Shown here piece after piece: positions 19,931-30,318 of a stretch of 64,000 nt of DNA. Origin of the DNA: a virus; IMG/VR virus record IMGVR_UViG_3300035670_000068, positions 1-64,000 of that record. The stretch is one strand, 5' to 3'. Positions within the stretch are counted from its first letter, which is position 1. Each line of letters opens with the position of its first letter. Position numbers and translations under genes: made by a program. The notes under the pieces are model-generated. The model searched no databases. It was given only the letters and a program-made list of their open reading frames with translations, and was not told the origin of the DNA.

Positions 19931-20361
19931 AGCTTCGCCAGCTCCTTAAACACTGCAGCGGCCTGGGCTTTGATGAACGCCCTGTTTTCCTCTGCCGCTC
20001 TTTCGAGAAACTTGGCGCCTACTACGACTTCCGGGTAGACCGACTGCTTGATCTTCGACTTCGGACCCAGGTTCTCCCAGCCAATGCCTTCGTGAATCCT
20101 GATGGTGTAGTCGTAGCCCTGGTGGTCTTCGAGATCGATCAGTGACTTGTCGATGAAAACACTCACCGTCTTTTGCGAGGTGAGTCTTGAAACAATGGCT
20201 TGCTCCATGTCCCTGGTATCAATCGGAGCTCGCTTCTGAGCTTCCTTCTTGACGAACTCGCCAATGAGTTCGAGCCACTGCTTCTGCAGGCCTTCCATTC
20301 GAGCCTTTACCAGCGTGAAGCTGGCTCTGATACCTGGACCGCCTTTGATCCGAACGCCCAT
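19927..20361 (-). CDS. Tail completion protein (HK97 gp10-like)
   Basis: AP.DT..M..AI, HEG, AKFLERA. Confidence 0.7.
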   Translation of the reverse strand: MGVRIKGGPGIRASFTLVKARMEGLQKQWLELIGEFVKKEAQKRAPIDTRDMEQAIVSRLTSQKTVSVFIDKSLIDLEDHQGYDYTIRIHEGIGWENLGPKSKIKQSVYPEVVVGAKFLERAAEENRAFIKAQAAAVFKELAKL

Positions 20362-20699
20362 TACAGTTCGACCTGGTAGTGATCGATCTTGCCGTCCATC
20401 GAGAAGACGGGGCGGACGCCGGTGATCTCATACTCGACGCCGCGAATCTCCAGCTTGTCGCCCTCTTTGGGCGTGTGGCGCGGGTGCATCAATACCCTGC
20501 CCTTCTCCAGCTGCTCGTCGGCGTAGCTCTTGGTGCCAGATTTGTCAGCGCGAACGGAAGTCTGGCTCACCGAAGTGGCCAGACGAATGATGCTGATACC
20601 GACTTTGACAGGCAGTTCAAAGAGTCGATCTCCAGTGACGGTGAACCCGGCACTGGATTTGATCAGCTTGGCGGTATTGACAGGAATGAACGGAGTCAT
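20361..20699 (-). CDS. Head closure (stopper) protein
   Basis: GDKLEIRGVEYEI..HYQVEL; position. Confidence 0.65.
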   Translation of the reverse strand: MTPFIPVNTAKLIKSSAGFTVTGDRLFELPVKVGISIIRLATSVSQTSVRADKSGTKSYADEQLEKGRVLMHPRHTPKEGDKLEIRGVEYEITGVRPVFSMDGKIDHYQVEL

Positions 20700-20736
20700 G
20701 CCAACAATTATAACACGCCACTAACTAACAGAATAG

Positions 20737-21438
20737 TTAGCTTGGAACTTGCAGGAGGGCTTTGCTGTTGTGGTGGAAGATCGATCCAGACCTCTTGTCG
20801 TAGTCTTCCAGGCTCAACTTGGTGCCGCTGTTCGAACCGCCGTCAACAACGAACTCTTCCAGGCCCAGCGCGGAGGCTGAGAACAGCAGTGTCGTGTTGT
20901 AGTTGGCTCGATAGCTCCAGTTGATCTCGCGACTGATGTGGTCAGCCGAATCGATCTCTCGACCTGCTTTGTCCCGGAACTTGAACTCCAGCTCCCGCGC
21001 AAGCTCTTCGGAGGTAGCGAACGATCTGCCGCCCATCAGTTGCTTTCGCACGAAGTCCTCGGCTACTCGAACGTCTGCGCGCATCTGAGTCGCAAGCGTG
21101 CTCAAGATACTGTCGGTAAAGCTCGCTACGAGCGTTTCTGCGACGGCAAAGCTGCGATCAGTAGCGTGACTACTGCTCGCGCTTTCCGACGCTGCTATCG
21201 CGCTCCCAGAGCCCTCCCTGAGTGCTGAGCCAACCATGCCTACGAACACATGCTCGAAGTCGTCTGCAATTCGCTTGAAGTCCCGGTCCATCGCGACCAG
21301 AGACTTGGTTCCATTGCTGACGCCGGCAAGAAGTTCAGCTGCTGCGCCGCGAAGGCCTGTCAGGAAGTGCTTGTAGAGGGTCACGGCTTCCTTGACGTGA
21401 CCACCTACTGCCTGGTTATCGACCGATACGGATTGCAT
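20737..21438 (-). CDS. Head-associated hypothetical protein
   Basis: In head-tail operon; F.DKAGR and IFHHNSK recall minor head proteins; start at MQSVSV. Confidence 0.5.
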   Translation of the reverse strand: MQSVSVDNQAVGGHVKEAVTLYKHFLTGLRGAAAELLAGVSNGTKSLVAMDRDFKRIADDFEHVFVGMVGSALREGSGSAIAASESASSSHATDRSFAVAETLVASFTDSILSTLATQMRADVRVAEDFVRKQLMGGRSFATSEELARELEFKFRDKAGREIDSADHISREINWSYRANYNTTLLFSASALGLEEFVVDGGSNSGTKLSLEDYDKRSGSIFHHNSKALLQVPS

Positions 21439-22201
21439 AGTTGATGATCCCGCGCAGCTCGACAGCAGCACGCTTGCTGATTGGCAGTTCGAGCGGCTTG
21501 GAGGTGCGATAGAAGTGAGTGGATTCGCCGGCAGCATGGGACAGCAGACCCAGGATGCGCTGGCGTTCGATTGGGTTTCCGCCCAGGAGCGAGTCGGCTT
21601 CGGCCAGCTGGCAGCGAATCAGCTGCTTCACCACTTCCGGCTTGAGCTTGGAAATCTGGTCGGCGGTCAGAGATCGAGTTGAGCCGATCTTCGCCATATC
21701 AGACGGCATGATCGACAGTGGATCGATCAGGTGGCGATGGTTGAAGAAGCTCACGCTCATGGAGCCGGCGTTGTAGTACGCGGTGATCAGAGCTGCGATC
21801 TGCTCTTCCTTCGAGGCGTCTTTGAAGGTGGCCAGGTCGGTCATGTTGAACGACTCGATGATCAGCTCCTGGTAACTGGCGAAGCTGTTCTCACCCACCA
21901 CCAGCAGGTTGTCGGACTCGATCACGATCTCGGTCGCTACCGAGCTGATCAAGTTGCCGTCAGCGTCCTTGAAGTCGTAGGTCGCGATTGCGAAGGCTCG
22001 ACCAGAACTGATCTGAGTTGCGGACGATGGCAGATTGACCCCTGCCGTCAGGGCATCGGCGAACAGGAAGTCGCCGGCGTAGGTTTCAGCTCCACCAACC
22101 GTCACCTTCACCGAAACGGTGTGAGCGGTCATCGGGTGACCGCCCACGCCAGGCTCGATTTGATAACGAATGGCAGTGCCGGATTTCACGACACTGACCA
22201 T
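21416..22201 (-). CDS. Head-tail adaptor
   Basis: VVGENSFAS..E motif typical of adaptor/DnaT-like proteins; position. Confidence 0.65.
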   Translation of the reverse strand: MVSVVKSGTAIRYQIEPGVGGHPMTAHTVSVKVTVGGAETYAGDFLFADALTAGVNLPSSATQISSGRAFAIATYDFKDADGNLISSVATEIVIESDNLLVVGENSFASYQELIIESFNMTDLATFKDASKEEQIAALITAYYNAGSMSVSFFNHRHLIDPLSIMPSDMAKIGSTRSLTADQISKLKPEVVKQLIRCQLAEADSLLGGNPIERQRILGLLSHAAGESTHFYRTSKPLELPISKRAAVELRGIINYAIRIGR

Positions 22202-22204
22202 GCC

Positions 22205-22702
22205 TTACTCCTTGTTGGACTCGGCGGCTTCTTTCAGAGCCAGCAGCTCTTCGATGATCTCGACGATGGAGCGGCCCTTGATGCCGTGTTGCGAACCCAG
22301 GTTGCGCAGACCGGCGATGCCTTCGGCGTCGGCCAGGGCTTCCAGGTCTTCACGGGTGAAGTCGAACTTGGGCTTTTCGGCAGAACTATTGACGGACTCG
22401 CCCTGCCCTTCGCTCTGAGCGTCGACCTGGTTCTCAGTCTGAACCTGGTTCTGCTCTTGGGCGCCCAGGTTGGATACTTCGTGGCCGGTGCCGTGCAGGT
22501 CGTTCAGGTCTTTGTTGCGAACGTCCACCATGCGCTGAGTAGCGCTGGGGTTTTCGCCTTCCAGGGTTTCGCAGGCGACGATGCAGCCCAGGCGCTCGGC
22601 CTCGACGGAGCTGATGTGCTCGGATACGCCATCTTCGAACTTGATGTTGCCGAAGTAGCCAGTGAAGCCGGCGAAGCCGGGGTCAGTCAGACGAATTTGC
22701 AT
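22205..22702 (-). CDS. Head-associated protein
   Basis: Follows MCP; C-terminal small helical domain TREDLEALAD.EGIAGLR. Confidence 0.6.
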   Translation of the reverse strand: MQIRLTDPGFAGFTGYFGNIKFEDGVSEHISSVEAERLGCIVACETLEGENPSATQRMVDVRNKDLNDLHGTGHEVSNLGAQEQNQVQTENQVDAQSEGQGESVNSSAEKPKFDFTREDLEALADAEGIAGLRNLGSQHGIKGRSIVEIIEELLALKEAAESNKE

Positions 22703-22795
22703 TGATATTGTCTCCAGGAGAAATGAAAAGAGGGGCGTGGTTTCCCATGCCCCTCTTATACCACACTAACTCACTGCTTAGTGAGTCCAACGTCC

Positions 22796-23701
22796 TTAGA
22801 CGTTGGTGACACCGCGCAGAGCAGCCAGCGACTTGGTGGCCTTGAGGGCCAGGCCGCAGTACCACTTCAGACGGGTGCGGGTGGCGTCCTTGTTCTGGAC
22901 GGTGCCGATATCCTCGATGCGGATACCAGCGGACTCGCCGCCGAACAGGCCGTGAACACCGTCAACTTCGTTCAGGCGCAGGGCGTAGATCGAGCAGGTG
23001 TTCGCGGCGGAACCCTGAGCAACGTCGCCCGGAATGAACTCGTTGATGATGATCGGGATGCCGTCGTGAGCCGGCACTTGCAGACCGAAGTTGTCGATCT
23101 GGAGCATACCGCCAGTGTTGCCACCAGCTGCACGCCACAGGGTTTTCAGGGCGCGGAAAGTGCCCGGACGCATCATCAGAGCGTCAGGACGACCGTTCAC
23201 CTTGTCGATCAGCTCGTCCAGCATCGCCAGGCTGATGGCAGCGCCATTCGGGCCAGCGGTGATGAAGTTGCCGGTGTCGCTCACCAGCTTGTTCAGGCCG
23301 TCGAAGGACTTCGGGTTGACCGAGCTGTCGCCTTGCACCAGAGCACGACGGAAGACGGTGGCCAGGCCCTTCGCCTTCATGGCGATCTGGATCGCCAGCT
23401 GCTGATTGGTGTCGGACATGGTTTCGTTCAGGAACTTATCCACGTCCACGTCACCAGCGATGATACGCAGCTTGGTGACCACTTCTTCGACTTCGGACGC
23501 GCCTTCCGGCACGACTTCGTTCACGTCCAGGAACACGCCTTCGCTGTTGGTCTTCTCGCGGACGTAGACGTAAGCCTTACCGTCGGTGCGGGAGAACGGC
23601 AGCAGGGCCATCAGATCGTCCTTGTGGACGATTTCTTCGATCACGCCGCGCACCATGTCCTCTTGGGACAGAGTTTCGGCGATATCACGCATCAGAGGCA
23701 T
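22796..23701 (-). CDS. Major capsid protein (HK97 fold)
   Basis: LLPF, GDVDVDKFL, GD...NPKSFDGL, RLKWYCGLAL; strong SD. Confidence 0.9.
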   Translation of the reverse strand: MPLMRDIAETLSQEDMVRGVIEEIVHKDDLMALLPFSRTDGKAYVYVREKTNSEGVFLDVNEVVPEGASEVEEVVTKLRIIAGDVDVDKFLNETMSDTNQQLAIQIAMKAKGLATVFRRALVQGDSSVNPKSFDGLNKLVSDTGNFITAGPNGAAISLAMLDELIDKVNGRPDALMMRPGTFRALKTLWRAAGGNTGGMLQIDNFGLQVPAHDGIPIIINEFIPGDVAQGSAANTCSIYALRLNEVDGVHGLFGGESAGIRIEDIGTVQNKDATRTRLKWYCGLALKATKSLAALRGVTNV

Positions 23702-23767
23702 ATAACTAACTCCTTAGTTAGCTTGGATTTCGGAAAACTCAGTAAAGCCCCGGCCTTGTCGGACCCT

Positions 23768-24649
23768 TCACTGATTCTTGTTGCTGAGCGCCTGAGCGAT
23801 GCGGTTCACACCAGTAGCGACAGGCTTCGGAGCCTCGACCTTCTTGCCGGTGTCCAGGTTGCCACTTCCGCTACCCGGCTTACCCTTCTGCTTGATCAGA
23901 GAAGCGGCTTCCGGGTGGGCCGAATACAGCGCTGCAATCGCGTCCTCGAACGCCTTGTATTTGCCGTTCGCATCCACCAGCGGAGTACGGTCGGCAGCGC
24001 CTTTCGGCTTGTCGTACACAACGACCTGGCCGTCGATCAGCTCGACGTGATTGCCAAATTCCTTGCGAGCGATGCTGGCCGGAATCTTGGACTGCTCACG
24101 AATGAACACCGACTCGGAGAAGGCACGACCTACGGTCATTTCCTGAATCTGCGAATCGCGCTCATTGAGCTGCGCTTTCAGAGCCTCGATCTGCTCGGAC
24201 AGAGTGCTCTTTTCCTTGGTGTGCTCAGTACGCACTTGCTCCAGGATGCGGTCGTACTCGCCACGCTTCTCCAGGTTCAGGCGTTCCTGTTCCTTTTGCT
24301 GCGCTACGAGAGCGGCCACATCTTCCGGTTTCAGGTCGCCCAGGGCGCCCTTGAGAGCGTTCAGCTGCTCTTCTGCCTGCTTGGCGCGATCTTTGTGCTT
24401 CATCACGTCACGCAGCAGCTTGGCGGCCTCGTCGCTCAGACCGGACTTGGAGCCGGGCTTGTCGTCTTCGCCTTCACCACCATCGGAACCAGGCTGGTTG
24501 TCACCAGGCTTGTTGTCCGGGGTGTTGTCATCACCTGCATTGTCGGCGCCATCGCCGTTACCACCGGGCAGATCGTTGCCGTTGCCGTCGTTGGCTTCCA
24601 TTACAGGGATGCCGGCTCGACCGAAGAGCCAAACAAGATGTTGGGGCAT
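23768..24649 (-). CDS. Capsid scaffolding protein
   Basis: Acidic Gly-rich N-terminus, coiled coil, GSGSG; between portal and MCP. Confidence 0.8.
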   Translation of the reverse strand: MPQHLVWLFGRAGIPVMEANDGNGNDLPGGNGDGADNAGDDNTPDNKPGDNQPGSDGGEGEDDKPGSKSGLSDEAAKLLRDVMKHKDRAKQAEEQLNALKGALGDLKPEDVAALVAQQKEQERLNLEKRGEYDRILEQVRTEHTKEKSTLSEQIEALKAQLNERDSQIQEMTVGRAFSESVFIREQSKIPASIARKEFGNHVELIDGQVVVYDKPKGAADRTPLVDANGKYKAFEDAIAALYSAHPEAASLIKQKGKPGSGSGNLDTGKKVEAPKPVATGVNRIAQALSNKNQ

Positions 24650-24656
24650 AAATTAC

Positions 24657-26264
24657 TTACTCCTGGCCTTTCGCTTGGCCGCTGGATTTGCCGTTCTCTC
24701 GGCTTTGGGTTTCTGTCTTCTTGGAGGCCGCTTGGTCGCGATTCCGTTTGGCTTCCTCGACGACACGCTTGGCTGCATCCGAACCTTCGGCACGAACCTG
24801 CTCTGCGCTCTCTTGCAGATCAGAGGCCCAGGTCTTCAACTCGCCACGCATTTTCTTGAGAAGGTCATCCCCGAGGTCCGGGAACAGCTTCTCGACGGTG
24901 CGGAACATCTGCTCTTCCATGAGGATCGCGGGCACGCTCATGAGGCGGAGCTTCATGGCCACGTCGATCTCGTCGTACAGCGTCCGCACGTCAAACTGGC
25001 TTTCGACCGGGTAGGTCACAACGTCCTTTTCAGGAGCGTCGGCTTCTGCCCAGGCGCAAACCACCTTGACGATCTTGTTCTCGACGGTCTCCAGGGCATC
25101 TGCTTTGGACGACAGCAGAGCTACGACGCGCTCGAAGTCCTTGGACTTGGCTACGCCAGAGCTGTTGTCGATGCCCTTGCTGTTGTCCTGCTTGGTGCGC
25201 TCACCAGCCAGACCAACCGAGTGGTAGATTTCGTTGATCAGCTGCTGGATGGCGCTGATGATCAGCGTGGCCTGGCGCGGGTCCGGGCTCAGGTACGCAG
25301 GAGGCTGACCGCCTTCACCGTCGTACAGGAACACCCGCTTGGTGCCCATTTCCAGCAGCTTGTTGTAGGCGTCATCACCCGGTAGGACGTTCTGTGCCGG
25401 CATGGCCAGCTGCGAGAAGGTCTGATCCTGGATGATGGCGTCGAGGTTCGAGGCGTAGTTCGCGACAGCGCGATCCAGATACGCCACGTCGGCAATCAGG
25501 GCTGGGCAGTCCCAGAGGTCGGCGACGACGGAGTTGTTTGCCGGAATAACAGGAACCAGTCCCAGGTCATGCTGACCGCCTCCCTGAACTTCCCACGCGC
25601 CACCCAGCTTGCCAGTACCTTTCCTGAACCCAAATAGGGTCCAGCTAGTGCGAGTCCACAGGCGATAGCGAAGCGAGAGGTCGCCTGTCGAAGTAATTGG
25701 GTCTTTGTCGTCACGGTATTGTTCCTCGATCAAAACCCACAGCAGTTCGCCGGCCTCGTCGAAGGCGTAGTCAACCACTTGCTGCGGGGGAACGATGTAG
25801 GCGTAGAGATCAACGCCCTCTTCCTTCACATCGTCTTCTTCGTCACCGGCCGCTTCCGGGGTTTCGGTGACTCGGTTGTCGATCACGATCCAGGGGCGGC
25901 CGTAGATCGAGGACTTGAGCGAGACGATACGCATGAACTCGTCGATGCTCAGGCCCTGGGCATCGACTTTCTTCCAGAAATTCTTGACCTCTTCGGGAAC
26001 GTCATCATCCTTGCGGCTGATCGGCGCACGGAACAGATACTTGTTCACCAGGTCCACGACTTCGCGGGTGTGGTTGAATCGGTAGGCCCGCTTCACACGG
26101 TCGCCGTACTCGATATCGCCCTCTTTGATGTAGCGGAAGATGTTCTTCTCGAACCAGGAGCGACCGCCCTTGTACGACTCGCCAAGAAACTCCCAATGCG
26201 GCAGCAGCTCCCGATACAACGGGTGCCTACGGTCGATGATTTTCTTGATCGCCTTACTGTCCAC
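24657..26264 (-). CDS. Portal protein
   Basis: Follows TerL; RHP.Y..W..L..SY.GG, HDLGLVPV, SSGVAK; GTG start chosen. Confidence 0.88.
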   Translation of the reverse strand: MDSKAIKKIIDRRHPLYRELLPHWEFLGESYKGGRSWFEKNIFRYIKEGDIEYGDRVKRAYRFNHTREVVDLVNKYLFRAPISRKDDDVPEEVKNFWKKVDAQGLSIDEFMRIVSLKSSIYGRPWIVIDNRVTETPEAAGDEEDDVKEEGVDLYAYIVPPQQVVDYAFDEAGELLWVLIEEQYRDDKDPITSTGDLSLRYRLWTRTSWTLFGFRKGTGKLGGAWEVQGGGQHDLGLVPVIPANNSVVADLWDCPALIADVAYLDRAVANYASNLDAIIQDQTFSQLAMPAQNVLPGDDAYNKLLEMGTKRVFLYDGEGGQPPAYLSPDPRQATLIISAIQQLINEIYHSVGLAGERTKQDNSKGIDNSSGVAKSKDFERVVALLSSKADALETVENKIVKVVCAWAEADAPEKDVVTYPVESQFDVRTLYDEIDVAMKLRLMSVPAILMEEQMFRTVEKLFPDLGDDLLKKMRGELKTWASDLQESAEQVRAEGSDAAKRVVEEAKRNRDQAASKKTETQSRENGKSSGQAKGQE

Positions 26265-26322
26265 ACGAACACCTACGAAGAAAGTGCCATATATAGTAAC
26301 TAACTGGTGAGTTAGTTGGCAA

Positions 26323-27591
26323 CTACAAAGAACGACCAGCGATAACAATTTGCTTGGTCGGGAACTCAAGCTCGATGGGATAACCCATCGCGTCAGTGAT
26401 GTGTTCCATACCAGCGGCCTTGTCGATATCGCGGGAACCCGCTTTGTAGAGCGTCTGTTCCAGGGACTCGATGACGTTGCGGCAGCCCTGCCCTACCAGC
26501 AGGCGCATGTTGCCATCGGCAGACTGCAGCATCCGGTTTACCGAGTTCACACGGTCGGCAACAAACGGGTGCTTCTTGCGATACTTGATCCGCTTGAAGC
26601 CCTTCTGCCGGAAGATATCCAGGTCAGACTCACCGCGAGCGTGCTGACGTGCGCCGCCTGCAGGGTCGGGATAGATCGTGATCTTGTCCATGTAGCGCCA
26701 ATACCGGCGCTCCAGTTCCTCGCACATTTCGGCCGTGTTGGAGTTGTGCAGGAACACCTCGTCCACGATCCAGAGCTGGCCGTTGGTTTGCGGCTGAATG
26801 ATCGCGGCGGACATGGGGTCGATGTTGAAGTCTACGCCTACCCAGATCGGCAGAGCCGGGTTGAACACGACCTTGCTGTGGACATGCTTGTGACGGTCGA
26901 ACGGGTAGTACACGCGACCGGACATGGTTTCGAAGCTAGCCTCGAACTCCTGGCGGAAGGTGCGCGGGTCCATATCGCGGCGAGCGTCGGCGATCTCTTC
27001 CTCGGGAATGAACGGCGAGGTGATCGTAGGGAACTGGTAGCTCGACCAGGCGGTGCGGCTGTCGTCCTGACCCAGCATGTACAGCTCGTAGAGCTGGTTG
27101 TATGCCTTTGGGGTGCCGATGAACAGCGCTTCACCGCGATCCTTCGCCAGCGTCGGTCGAATGATCGTTGTCCAGGTCTCGGTGCGAATGTCCTGGAACT
27201 CGTCCAGGACGACGAAGTTCAGACCCACACCGCGCAGTGTGTCCGGGTTGTCAGCGCCCTTACACTCGATGATCGTGCCGTTGGCCAGCGTGACCGACAT
27301 TTCGGTTTCGTGGATACGAACGATCCAGTCACGCGGAATCGACTCTTTGAGGTCGTTCCACATGATCTGCTTGGCCATGCGGTAGGTCGGAGCGATGTAC
27401 CAAATCTTCTGCTTGGGCGTTCTGGCCCTGGCGAGGATTTCGCTCTTCGAGAGGTTGGTCTTGCCCCAGCGGCGGCCGGCGACGACTACCCGGAAGCGGG
27501 CTGTGTCCAGAAAGACCTCGGCCTGCTTTGGGTGCAGGCCGGTTTCAATGTCGAACTTGGGCTTGAAGACCTTCGCTGGGCGAATCTTCAT
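26323..27591 (-). CDS. terL: Terminase large subunit
   Basis: Walker A AGRRWGKT, Walker B VVLDEF, GTP, nuclease GVDFN and HITDAMGY. Confidence 0.95.
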   Translation of the reverse strand: MKIRPAKVFKPKFDIETGLHPKQAEVFLDTARFRVVVAGRRWGKTNLSKSEILARARTPKQKIWYIAPTYRMAKQIMWNDLKESIPRDWIVRIHETEMSVTLANGTIIECKGADNPDTLRGVGLNFVVLDEFQDIRTETWTTIIRPTLAKDRGEALFIGTPKAYNQLYELYMLGQDDSRTAWSSYQFPTITSPFIPEEEIADARRDMDPRTFRQEFEASFETMSGRVYYPFDRHKHVHSKVVFNPALPIWVGVDFNIDPMSAAIIQPQTNGQLWIVDEVFLHNSNTAEMCEELERRYWRYMDKITIYPDPAGGARQHARGESDLDIFRQKGFKRIKYRKKHPFVADRVNSVNRMLQSADGNMRLLVGQGCRNVIESLEQTLYKAGSRDIDKAAGMEHITDAMGYPIELEFPTKQIVIAGRSL

Positions 27592-28274
27592 CAGGCGGCC
27601 TCTTCCGGCTCGCCCTCGACCAAGATTTCGTCCAGCTCTTCCAGCTCTTCTGGGGTGAGGCCTTCAAGCTCGTCATCGATCATTTCACCGGCAGCCTCTG
27701 CGGCTTCTCGACGCTGCTTCTCGCGAAGCTCCTTCACGTCTTCCTCGGTCATGATCTTGATGCGCAGTTCGGACAGCTCTTCGCCTTCATCCAGCTCGCG
27801 ATCCAGACCCAGGATGTTGGCCCCGGTCTGGTAGTTCTGCGAAATTATCTTGGATGCTTCGGAGATCGCCTTGAGGTCGGTCAGTCGCTCACCAACCGGC
27901 GTGCCGTCCTTGATCGCTTTGGCCACGTCTGCGTAGGCCTTGCGATTGAACAGGTCGATGGCCTTGAGGGCGTTCATCTTGAGATCGTGGGCGTAGCTCG
28001 CCAGCTCTTCCGCCTGGGCAGCCGCAGTTCTCTCAATGGACTTCTGAACGGCAGCAGCGGTCTTGTCCGCGAATGAGCCACGCTTCACGCCGTCTTTTTT
28101 GAACCGGCGCGACAAAGCCGTAGCGCTCACGCCCACGGCTTCTGAGATTTCGGAAAGCGAGTAGTCGCCGGACTGCCACATGGATTTGGCTTTGGCGTAC
28201 TCTCTCGGCGTCAGACGTTTACTGAGGGCCGGAGTGCTCGATTCTGCTGGGTTGGCTACGGTTTCGTCTGTCAT
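27591..28274 (-). CDS. terS: Terminase small subunit
   Basis: N-terminal HTH (SLSEISEAVGVSATALSRRF) directly upstream of TerL. Confidence 0.75.
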   Translation of the reverse strand: MTDETVANPAESSTPALSKRLTPREYAKAKSMWQSGDYSLSEISEAVGVSATALSRRFKKDGVKRGSFADKTAAAVQKSIERTAAAQAEELASYAHDLKMNALKAIDLFNRKAYADVAKAIKDGTPVGERLTDLKAISEASKIISQNYQTGANILGLDRELDEGEELSELRIKIMTEEDVKELREKQRREAAEAAGEMIDDELEGLTPEELEELDEILVEGEPEEAA

Positions 28275-28791
28275 CTGAAAAAAGGCGGGCAAGCCCGCCG
28301 AAGGAGAAAAACGCTGCCCGTGGAGTCGGCAACCGGACTACATTCTCCTATGACTTCCGGGTGGTGTCAATAACTAACCAGTTAGTGTGGTTGGAGGCTA
28401 CCGGAGTGAGCTAACCCCTTGATTTCTCCCGGCTTGTGTAAGGTTTTAGAAAATTTGCTTCCCAACGCCACGCTGCGTATATTTATAATACTTCTAACTA
28501 ATTAAATACTTACTATCCCTCTATCTCCCCCTATAGTCCCCCTCTTTCTCCCTTTCACGACGACCCATCTACCCGGCCCGCCGCGCTCATGAAAATTTCC
28601 AAGCTGCCCCTCGCCATTCACACCATAATCGCGTCCGGGAGCTTTGTCGCGCCCAGCTCGGTTAGCAAGTAACGAATCGGTTATTTGATAGCTCGGGAAC
28701 CCGTCTGGTTTCGCGTATAACGCACGATCTCGCTCAAGACGACCCGATGTAGCGCCCAGAGCGAGATCGTTCAACCAGCGCGAAAATAGAG

Positions 28792-29130
28792 CTATTCCAG
28801 AATCAGCTCCACCACGTCATCCTCCACCACTTCGCGGTAAGTCACCGGAGCGGGCTTGGATGCCGGGTTGAGGATTCTCTTGGCCACAGCCGTTGGCGCT
28901 ACTGTCTGCCTCGCCCGACCATCCCGGATTTCCTTGCCTTCGCGCTCGATCCACCCCTGGTTGACCAGGATTCGAATCGAGCACATCAGCGACTCGCGGG
29001 AGGTCTTGTACGGCAGCCGATCCAGAATCTGCTGGTAGTCGCACCAGCTGACCCAGGCGCCTTTCGCATCGATGTTGCCGGCCATGACGACTTTCATCAG
29101 GGCGGTCTGCTTTCTTGTGAGTGGCTTCAT
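28792..29130 (-). CDS. Winged-HTH protein
   Basis: LTRKQTALM..SRESLMCSIRILVNQGWIER wHTH pattern. Confidence 0.65.
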   Translation of the reverse strand: MKPLTRKQTALMKVVMAGNIDAKGAWVSWCDYQQILDRLPYKTSRESLMCSIRILVNQGWIEREGKEIRDGRARQTVAPTAVAKRILNPASKPAPVTYREVVEDDVVELILE

Positions 29131-30005
29131 AGCAAATCAAGCCTCAGAGGTTCGTTGGGTTTCTGGAAGTCGAAGGCTTTCAGTGGAAGTCGATCAGGCA
29201 GCTTCCGGCCCAGGTCAGGGTTCTGCCAAATCCCGTAGACCGGGCTTGCGAACACCAACTGCTGCAGCTCGCGGAGCAAGTGCGCCGGCTCCATTGCATC
29301 GACCTTGCCCGTGCCGACGTTCAGGTTCGATCCGGTTTTTTCGCGACTGGAGTGCCGGTAGTAAAACGCCCTCATCTCTTCAAGAGCCTTCTCGCAAAGA
29401 GCCGGTGGCATCTGGGCCAGTTCTTCCATGACAGCCTGGTGATCCGCAGGGTGAGCCTTGAACAGACTCCGCATGAATTTCAGACCCTTCTCGTAGGCCG
29501 CTGCGGATTTCAGGTGCGCGTGCTTGAAACCGGACTTGGTGTCGAAGGGGTTGAACTTGCTCATGGACGACTGGATTTCCACGAACTTGTAACCCTCCAT
29601 CCGCATGGCCAGGTTGACCATCCGGTAGCTCACGCCCACGCCTCGGTACATGGTGTCCGTGACGATCCGCGCCGCTCGACGGAAGTTCGCGTTCAGGTAT
29701 GTCGCTCGATGGACGTTGGTGAAGTGCGAGTCCTTGCCAGGCTTCAACTTGGGGAAGACCTGGTGTCGCGGAGCCAACAGCAGCGCAACCGAGCTCAGCA
29801 CCACCACGCCAACCAGGGAGTTATCCCGGTAGTTGACGCAGCGCCAGAAGTGCGGACCTGCAGGCAGGGTTTCCGCCTTGTAGTGGAGGTCGTGCAGCTC
29901 GTCCCAATCTGCCTTGGTTCCGCGCTCGACCCACATATCGTCCATCAGCGAAAACCGGGGCTTTGCGTCGTCCCTGCGTTCGATGATCAGGTCGTGGTCA
30001 GTCAC
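29127..30005 (-). CDS. Mom-like GNAT acyltransferase (putative DNA modification)
   Basis: LHY, LVGVVV, GNAT motif A RIVTDTMYRGVG; co-operonic with ABC ATPase and ParB genes. Confidence 0.7.
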   Translation of the reverse strand: MTDHDLIIERRDDAKPRFSLMDDMWVERGTKADWDELHDLHYKAETLPAGPHFWRCVNYRDNSLVGVVVLSSVALLLAPRHQVFPKLKPGKDSHFTNVHRATYLNANFRRAARIVTDTMYRGVGVSYRMVNLAMRMEGYKFVEIQSSMSKFNPFDTKSGFKHAHLKSAAAYEKGLKFMRSLFKAHPADHQAVMEELAQMPPALCEKALEEMRAFYYRHSSREKTGSNLNVGTGKVDAMEPAHLLRELQQLVFASPVYGIWQNPDLGRKLPDRLPLKAFDFQKPNEPLRLDLL

Positions 30006-30318
30006 TGGAACCGCTCTCCGTCGGTTGCAGGCCCTTTTCCAGCTTTGCGACCAGACTCTTGAGACAGTCGATCGCCTCTTGATCACTGATCAAGTCACCG
30101 TCCATGAGCATCGCTTCACCGTCCACCGCGATCACGATCATGCGGTTCGGATCGCCGCCCTCACCGGCAGTCGAAACAGCCAGGTCAGCCATTGCTGCAG
30201 TCAGACCCTTGAAGTCTTCGTCCTTGTACGGGTTGTAAACCGGGGCTTCCTCACCCAGCTGCTCGCGGCCTTTCACCTTGCGGTTCTTGAAGTCCACACG
30301 AATCAGTTCACAGGTCAT
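29998..30318 (-). CDS. Hypothetical protein
   Basis: Coupled within the ParB-ABC-GNAT operon. Confidence 0.65.
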   Translation of the reverse strand: MTCELIRVDFKNRKVKGREQLGEEAPVYNPYKDEDFKGLTAAMADLAVSTAGEGGDPNRMIVIAVDGEAMLMDGDLISDQEAIDCLKSLVAKLEKGLQPTESGSSD